DNA of 64,000 bases, taken from the NCBI GenBank assembly GCA_963506915.1, contig CAUORE010000006.1:2884-66883 (forward strand). Reading direction: 5' to 3'. The notes below the pieces were generated by a model. That model was not told the DNA's origin. It searched no databases and saw only the letters and a program-made list of their open reading frames with translations. Positions 60,301 through 64,000 of the stretch are shown piece after piece. Source of the DNA: an uncultured Flavobacteriaceae bacterium. GTDB taxonomy: Bacteria; Bacteroidota; Bacteroidia; Flavobacteriales; Weeksellaceae. Made by a program: the position numbers and the translations under genes. How positions within the stretch are numbered: the first letter of the stretch is position 1; the number at the start of each line of letters is the position of its first letter.

Positions 60301-61339
60301 TTATTCAAGTTCATTGACTCATAGCGGGTATAATATATTGACAAACAATAAATTATCTTTTGCAAACGAGATTATAGCTTTCTCTCATACAGATATATTG
60401 ATGGGGACTTCTTTCAAAGATGGCGGACAGCTTTATATGAATATGGTAGAGAATGCACGAGTTTTGTCTAGAAGTATGCCTGGAATTTTGGGGGCTGATG
60501 GCTTTACAGAAGGCTATGGTTTAGGAAATTCATATATTCTAATTCCTGCATTTAAAGCAGCGATTGGTGGTAAGAATTTGAGCAAAGAAAATCCTACAAA
60601 ATCTAAATTCCCGCTTCCTAACTGGCAGATTATCTATTCAGGATTGAAAAATATTCCATTCCTCAATAGACATTTCTCTAAAATAGATGTGTTGCATGGC
60701 TATAAGGCTACATATACCGTGGCAGGGATACAGTCCAGCTCAGATTATTATAACTATGAAGTGAGCAAAAACACACCGCTGCCTTCGCCAGATAAGGATA
60801 GAAACGGCAACTTCCTAAATCCATATGTATTCTCTCAGGTGGGCTATGTGGAGGAGTTTTCGCCGCTTATCGGGGCTGATGTTACCATGAGGAATAACAT
60901 GCAGTTCAGAGCGATGTATAACAAGAATAGAGCCTATGTACTGGGACTTCAGAATTATACACTTTCGGAAGACTCTGGTTCTGAGTATATTGTAGGATTT
61001 GGGTATATTTTTAAAGATTTGAAATTTAAGATGAGGTTCAGAGGAAAACAAAGAACCATAAAAAGTGATTTGAATCTTAAATTTGATTTTTCACTAAGAG
61101 ATAATAAAACCCGAATAACCAATATCTTAGCCCAAGATTCACAAGTGACTGGAGGTCAGAGAGTTTTAGGAATAAATTTCTCAGCGGATTATAGTTTTTC
61201 ACAAAATTTCCAAGTAAAATTCTTCTATAACCAGCTGGTAACCAAGTATAAAATTTCTACTGCCTATCCGTTATCCACTCTGCGGGCAGGGCTTAGTTTT
61301 AATTTTACTTTTGGAGGAAGTAATAATAACAATAACTAA
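54320..61339 (+). CDS. sprA: T9SS outer membrane translocon SprA/Sov
   Basis: 2339-aa ORF with a GTG start, 10 nt after ruvA, and a signal peptide. Its size and giant beta-barrel composition are typical of SprA. The ruvA-sprA adjacency fits Flavobacteriia. Confidence 0.85.
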   Translation: MKKATILKAAPLFFLSLFSDNVWAQTEKETIENKEFTIPNPTRYEAFYDIKTGMYYLYPKIGNLVVGEPLTMTPLQYSQYLQNKNIREFFRQKAGEGTYAQIGDKEEEAKKKSLLPNITIKNRIFETIFGGNKIELIPQGYATFDLGILHQKIDNPLILPNNRKSFTIDVQQRINVGIVGKVGENLQLRANYDTQSGFAFENKVNLVWTGTGSSWKDAQDKLSKKLNDRSRDDGEDRIIKKVEVGNINMPLSTSLIRGSESLFGIKTEFQLGKTTGTLVFSQQQGEVQTVVAQNGGTSKSFKINAVDYEDNQHFFIGQYFNNHYDGALLQYPLINSKIAINRIEVWVLDQGSGDLQSQKTIVGVRDLGEGALTAYPDNSVNSVYQDVSNLTGIRDVTTAYNSIKNQSLYDAATGTNQPYQEGENFIFNRRARKLSESEFRYHPQLGYISLNQRLNDNQLLAVSFSYTVNGDDSKVYKVGEFSEDNSTVLITKLLKPNTVTKTTSPMWDLMMKNIYPLDGTQISSQDFFMNVYYRDPSNGKVSYLPGTGVQDINLLKLFNWDRLNSNGDLQQDGDGQFDFVPGLTIDENNGKLIFTKTQPFGKYIENVLGGHDPKFVFSDLYTQLKSVATQANLAQRYTLEGRFKGSGAQGIALGAVNIPKGSVKVTSNGVELVEGVDYTVDYLLGTVTIINEMIKQSGQAISVSLENQLAFNTQKKRFIGLNLERKISDNFLIGATMVNYRETPLTHKVQLGQEAVNNTMLGMNIAYNNEAPFLTRLTNKIPLVNTDTKSNISFRAEAAYLIPGENSNMQNQSYIDDFEQATSRISLKEPSMWSLASKPEQNTSDPIFNTAGLSNNLTYGYGRGLISWYNIDPRFYGVGGSVPNGVSAQSLSNHASRRVHQGELYTIKDYVAGEESFLNTFDISYYPTERGPYNFNPSETTQDRWGGLMRSISVSNFVNSNIEYVEFWMMDPYADGGTLGTNPKLLLHLGNVSEDVLKDGVLQYENGLPTSSDPANVTTTNWGNQPKQAPVLYAFSSEGAERSTQDLGYDGLDNQSEAAKFGTSFVNPVTNAVDPASDDFVFPLSNKFQGAQAGSLVERYRYFRNPDGNSEANSLEVATQTPDAEDVNRDFNLDQNESYNQYTVKLDRASLVLGQNNIVDVKEVSTRFQDGRSGTNKWYLFRIPVSQFDTTAGERSTDVLNNVRFMRMVLTGFDETTTLRFGSLDLVRSDWRRYTKPLAVDATTNEGFGTVNTDNLEIGSVNLEENGQGTPPYVLPPGIDREVLSGTAGTQRQNEGSLYMKVTGLSNDARGVFKNTTLDLRRYEKLEMFVHAQDLRNLTSTALDDKTKFFIRFGSDATDNYYEYEASLKYTSSNSRTPYEIWPAENMVSLELTELTAIKGRRDRNGAPADTRYTDGNYGDANKKIYVKGRPSIGNISTMVLGVRNQDTSSVSKDILLWVNEIRASGIKNQGGYAANANLTFNLGDFAMVNASGSVSTVGFGTIVQKPSERSQTDNTTLHISTTVNLDKFLPEKAGMKIPFNYSYTQSIEDPKYNPLDNDVELKNSPVRDQLKKIVRTYSQQRSIGVVNMQKQRMNSEKKSKFYDVENLSLTAVYNDDFYRDVYTTRNYRQYFKGYLDYNFNFKPWVIRPFNKLISDTSKAAKYLNWIKEVNFNPIPTRLSFRAELDRTYSELQYRNIDALLTGTPGDDFQMIKGRTFYFGWQYNLGFNFTKSLKLDINSYTRTLNDHISVNGMNNRSIFRDLFRAGRPVLYNHKVQLNYKLPFEHFPYLDFINAEVGYGFQYNWSARSTVLSQQDLGNLAQNNNNTVVAASVDIPSLFSKFKYFQKLENTMQQRRAEIEAMEKNNAETATRKNSENRITTLKNRLTPLQAVLYGITSSLKQVDFNYNETNGTSLPGILSSPNFYGYGQGIGGPTYGFLLGSQADIRRVMIERGWVTGSDLMTESYVQMQTKAITGSIQIQPMNDLKIDLNFLKNYSSSLTHSGYNILTNNKLSFANEIIAFSHTDILMGTSFKDGGQLYMNMVENARVLSRSMPGILGADGFTEGYGLGNSYILIPAFKAAIGGKNLSKENPTKSKFPLPNWQIIYSGLKNIPFLNRHFSKIDVLHGYKATYTVAGIQSSSDYYNYEVSKNTPLPSPDKDRNGNFLNPYVFSQVGYVEEFSPLIGADVTMRNNMQFRAMYNKNRAYVLGLQNYTLSEDSGSEYIVGFGYIFKDLKFKMRFRGKQRTIKSDLNLKFDFSLRDNKTRITNILAQDSQVTGGQRVLGINFSADYSFSQNFQVKFFYNQLVTKYKISTAYPLSTLRAGLSFNFTFGGSNNNNN

Positions 61340-61364
61340 ATTTGGATATCAAAATTTTAAGATT

Positions 61365-61814
61365 ATGAAAAAAGCAGTAATTTTATCAGGAATAATGCTG
61401 TCAATGCTTTCTTGTAACAGTCCAAAAAAGGAAGAGATGAAAGAAAATCCAAACCAAAAAGTGGAAGAACAAGAAGAATTGGTTGGTGCCGATAGAGATG
61501 AGCATGGGTGTATCTCTTCGGCAGGATTTTCGTGGAGTGAATTGCAGCAGACCTGTGTGCAGCTATGGGAGGCTGGTGTCAGATTAGACCCTATCGAAGT
61601 GAAAGAAGGTGATGCAGTCATCAGCGCATTTGTTCTGTTTAATAAAGATGAATCCAAAGCCGAGGTTGTTCTTCCTAACAAAGAAGGTTCGGTTATTTTA
61701 GACAAAAAGTCAGAAAATCTCTACGAAAAAGATGAATACTTGTATGATGACAAGGAAGGCACACTCTCCATCAATGGAAAAGTAGTGTATAAGGAAGAAA
61801 ATAAAAAGAAATAG
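61365..61814 (+). CDS. lipoprotein, unknown function
   Basis: Start trimmed to ATG 61365 (MKKAVILSGIMLSMLSC lipobox). Contains the conserved-looking segment GADRDEHGCISSAGFSWSELQQTCVQLWE. Confidence 0.55.
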   Translation: MKKAVILSGIMLSMLSCNSPKKEEMKENPNQKVEEQEELVGADRDEHGCISSAGFSWSELQQTCVQLWEAGVRLDPIEVKEGDAVISAFVLFNKDESKAEVVLPNKEGSVILDKKSENLYEKDEYLYDDKEGTLSINGKVVYKEENKKK

Positions 61815-61866
61815 TTTATCCAGATAGTTAAGGATAAAAGTAGTAATTTCATTACATATGAGACAC

Positions 61867-61899
61867 ACGGCAGGGGTTATGAATCTCTGCTGTTTTTTT
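61867..61899 (+). terminator. terminator hairpin after lipoprotein gene
   Basis: The stem 61867-61875/61885-61893 includes two G-U pairs and is followed by T7. Confidence 0.45.
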
Positions 61900-61972
61900 A
61901 TTATTATTTGCACAGAAAAAAAATTTTTATAATTTTGGATAAATAAAAATCAACAATTAAATTTTAAATATC

Positions 61973-62230
61973 ATGGAAAAATTCTTAAATATTTTGGGAT
62001 GGGTAGCTACAGGAACAGCAATGCTTATGTATGTGTCTTATATTCCGCAGATTACATCCAATCTACAAGGAATGAAGGGAGATTTTATTCAGCCATTGGT
62101 GGCAGGGATTAACTGCACGCTGTGGGTAGGTTATGGATTTCTGAAACCTAAAAAAGACTGGCCTATAATCGTAGCAAATACACCTGGAATAGTTTTCGGA
62201 TTTACAGCTGCTTTTACGGCTATTATGTAA
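61973..62230 (+). CDS. SemiSWEET family sugar transporter (three-TM PQ-loop unit)
   Basis: 85 aa with three TM helices and a PQ motif (YIPQI) in TM1. Confidence 0.7.
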   Translation: MEKFLNILGWVATGTAMLMYVSYIPQITSNLQGMKGDFIQPLVAGINCTLWVGYGFLKPKKDWPIIVANTPGIVFGFTAAFTAIM

Positions 62231-62248
62231 AATTAGAAAGTATTTATT

Positions 62249-62290
62249 TCAAGATAGTTTATATAGAATTTAAACTATCTTGATTTTTTT
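62249..62290. terminator. bidirectional terminator between SemiSWEET and aroB
   Basis: TCAAGATAGTTTA (62249-62261) pairs with TAAACTATCTTGA (62271-62283), followed by T7. Confidence 0.65.
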
Positions 62291-63332
62291 ATAATCCACT
62301 TCGGTAGAAATCCAGCGCAGAAATAATGTTTTCCATCGGAACATTTTGGTTATAATTTCCCTTGCCGATGCCTTCTATCAGTGAGAAACTAATGTTTCCA
62401 TGCTGATTTTTTTTGTCCTGATACATCAGCGTAATGATTTCCTCATCACTGAAATTAGAAATATCCACAGGCGGGAAAAATCGCACAAGATTTTCTATAA
62501 TATAGCGCGCTGTGTCCAGAGAAATCAGCTGCTGCAAATAGGAAATATAAGTTTCACAAATCATCCCAAGCGCAACTGCTTCGCCGTGGAGCAGGGGAGT
62601 TCCCTCTCTCAGGAAAAGGCTTTCTACAGCGTGTCCTACTGTATGCCCGAAGTTGAGAATTTTTCGGATGTGCTTTTCGTGGAAGTCTTCCTGCACGATT
62701 TTTTGTTTAATTTCGGCGCTTTGTAATAGGTATGGCGCGATTTTCTCTGCAGAAAGTTCATTTTCAATAGAAATCAGCTCAAGCCAATGTTCTCCATCAG
62801 CGATGAGACCATGTTTCAGCATTTCCGCAAAGCCAGATTTCAGCTGCGGAAAGGGCAGTGTGCGGAGATAATCAGCAAAAAGGAAAATTTGCTTCGGCTC
62901 TGCAAAAGTTCCGATTAGATTTTTGTAAAACAAATGGTCTATGCCAGTTTTCCCGCCCACAGCGGCATCCGCCATTGCCAGCAGAGTGGTAGGAAGGTAA
63001 ATGAAAGGAATTCCTCTTTTGTAAGTGGAAGCCACAAAACCGCCAATGTCTGTGACAACGCCTCCACCAAGACAGATGAGCAGACTATGCCTATCAGCAC
63101 TAAATTCCGTAAGAATTTCCCAAAGCTGCACGGCGGTGTTTATGTTCTTGCTCTGCTCTCCTTCCTCTATTTCTATAATCTCAAAGGGCGCCGTAGTTTC
63201 TAAATTGCCCAAGAGGGTAGGAAGGCAGTATTCGTGCGTGTTTTCATCCACCAAGATGAAAATTTTGCTGGGATTTTGGTGCTGTATAAAAAGATTGAGT
63301 TCGGTGAAATCTTGGTCAAGGATTTTTATCAT
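62289..63332 (-). CDS. aroB: 3-dehydroquinate synthase
   Basis: 347 aa with GGGVVTDIGGFVASTYKRGI, metal/active-site segments FGHTVGHAVE and LLHGEAVALG. Confidence 0.9.
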   Translation of the reverse strand: MIKILDQDFTELNLFIQHQNPSKIFILVDENTHEYCLPTLLGNLETTAPFEIIEIEEGEQSKNINTAVQLWEILTEFSADRHSLLICLGGGVVTDIGGFVASTYKRGIPFIYLPTTLLAMADAAVGGKTGIDHLFYKNLIGTFAEPKQIFLFADYLRTLPFPQLKSGFAEMLKHGLIADGEHWLELISIENELSAEKIAPYLLQSAEIKQKIVQEDFHEKHIRKILNFGHTVGHAVESLFLREGTPLLHGEAVALGMICETYISYLQQLISLDTARYIIENLVRFFPPVDISNFSDEEIITLMYQDKKNQHGNISFSLIEGIGKGNYNQNVPMENIISALDFYRSGL

Positions 63333-63338
63333 CTTCTG

Positions 63339-64000
63339 CTATCTGTATCCGAAATTCTTGAGGTCTTTTTCGTTCTTTCTCCAGTCTTTTTTTACTTTTA
63401 CAAAAAGATTGAGATGGATTTTCTTTGCAAAGAATTTCTCCAAGTCCAGCCTTGCTTCTGTGCCGACTTTTTTAATCGCTTCGCCTTTGTGGCCTATCAA
63501 AATTCCCTTTTGGGTTTCTCGCTCCACATAGATGATGCTGTCTATGAAGATAATTCCTTCCTTTTCTTTGAAAAGTTCAGTAACCACTTCTACGGAGTAA
63601 GGAATTTCCTTTTCATAGTTAAGCAAAATCTTCTCGCGCACCGTTTCATTGACAAAAAATCTTTCCGATTTGTCTGTAAACTGGTCTTTGTCATAGTATG
63701 GCGGGTTCTCTGGAAGCAGAGATTTTAATTTCGGGAGGATATACTCCGTATTATAAGCATTTAGCGCCGAAATCGGTAGGATTTCTGCTTTTGGAAGGAG
63801 ATTGTGCCAGTGTTCCACAGCAGCCTCCATTTCCTTTTGGTTGCTTTTATCTATTTTGTTGATGAGCAGCAGCACAGGAATCGGAATTTTATTTAACTTC
63901 TCGATGAGAAATTCCGAAGGCTCGCTTTTGTCCGATATATCTACGATGAAAAGAAATACATCCGCATCTTGGAGGCTTTCTTTCACGAAGCCCATCATTT
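63339..64000 (-). CDS. era: GTPase Era, C-terminal part (N-terminus beyond the window end)
   Basis: G4 motif LLINKID. The KH domain is PYSVEVVTELFKE...IYVERETQKGILIGHKGEAIKKVG. The frame stays open to position 64000. Confidence 0.85.
   Translation of the reverse strand, partial: MMGFVKESLQDADVFLFIVDISDKSEPSEFLIEKLNKIPIPVLLLINKIDKSNQKEMEAAVEHWHNLLPKAEILPISALNAYNTEYILPKLKSLLPENPPYYDKDQFTDKSERFFVNETVREKILLNYEKEIPYSVEVVTELFKEKEGIIFIDSIIYVERETQKGILIGHKGEAIKKVGTEARLDLEKFFAKKIHLNLFVKVKKDWRKNEKDLKNFGYR

Noticed and set aside
1-64000. CRISPR arrays, tRNA/rRNA genes, IS elements, integrases and prophage or ICE modules.
   Set aside because: I noticed no regularly spaced direct repeats, no cloverleaf-like or rRNA-like conserved stretches in the intergenic regions, and no ORF in the track with transposase, recombinase or phage structural motifs.

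Overview
Chromosomal segment of a low-GC Bacteroidota (Flavobacteriia-type) genome. This is supported by gldD, the T9SS translocon gene sprA, and TAnnTTTG -7 promoter boxes; no finer taxonomic placement can be verified here. I count about 58 protein genes and saw no rRNA, tRNA, CRISPR array, transposase or integrase. Most content is housekeeping: a topo IV operon (parE to parC), a PPIase, a PfkB kinase, gldD, an ABC exporter, a Pif1-like helicase, an RDD/SpoIIM/DUF4129/DUF4350/MoxR module, a methionine pathway headed by a SAM-I riboswitch (metX, hom, metZ, split metH, metF), an acyl-CoA ligase, dnaK, a TPR histidine kinase with a LuxR regulator, tkt-fba-sugE and glpX-rpe, lipB, a nucleoid protein, ruvA-sprA, a SemiSWEET, aroB and era. 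Four things stand out. (i) A 3.3-kb mcrBC type IV restriction islet sits just after dnaK between two copies of a 49-bp terminator hairpin. It has a G-rich tract at its left edge and an McrB N-terminal domain I cannot assign. (ii) The methionine genes are interleaved four times with unrelated genes: SMI1/KNR4 immunity-type, OGG-fold, DKNYY, an unknown 322-aa protein, an ompA cassette that separates the two halves of metH, and a beta-barrel remnant. (iii) Two genes carry lesions: an in-frame TAA in parE and a -1 frameshift in an ABM monooxygenase. (iv) The conserved MoxR module of unknown function lacks its usual DUF58 partner. None of these can be shown to be a novel multi-gene system from sequence alone, so each candidate is listed with a decisive test.
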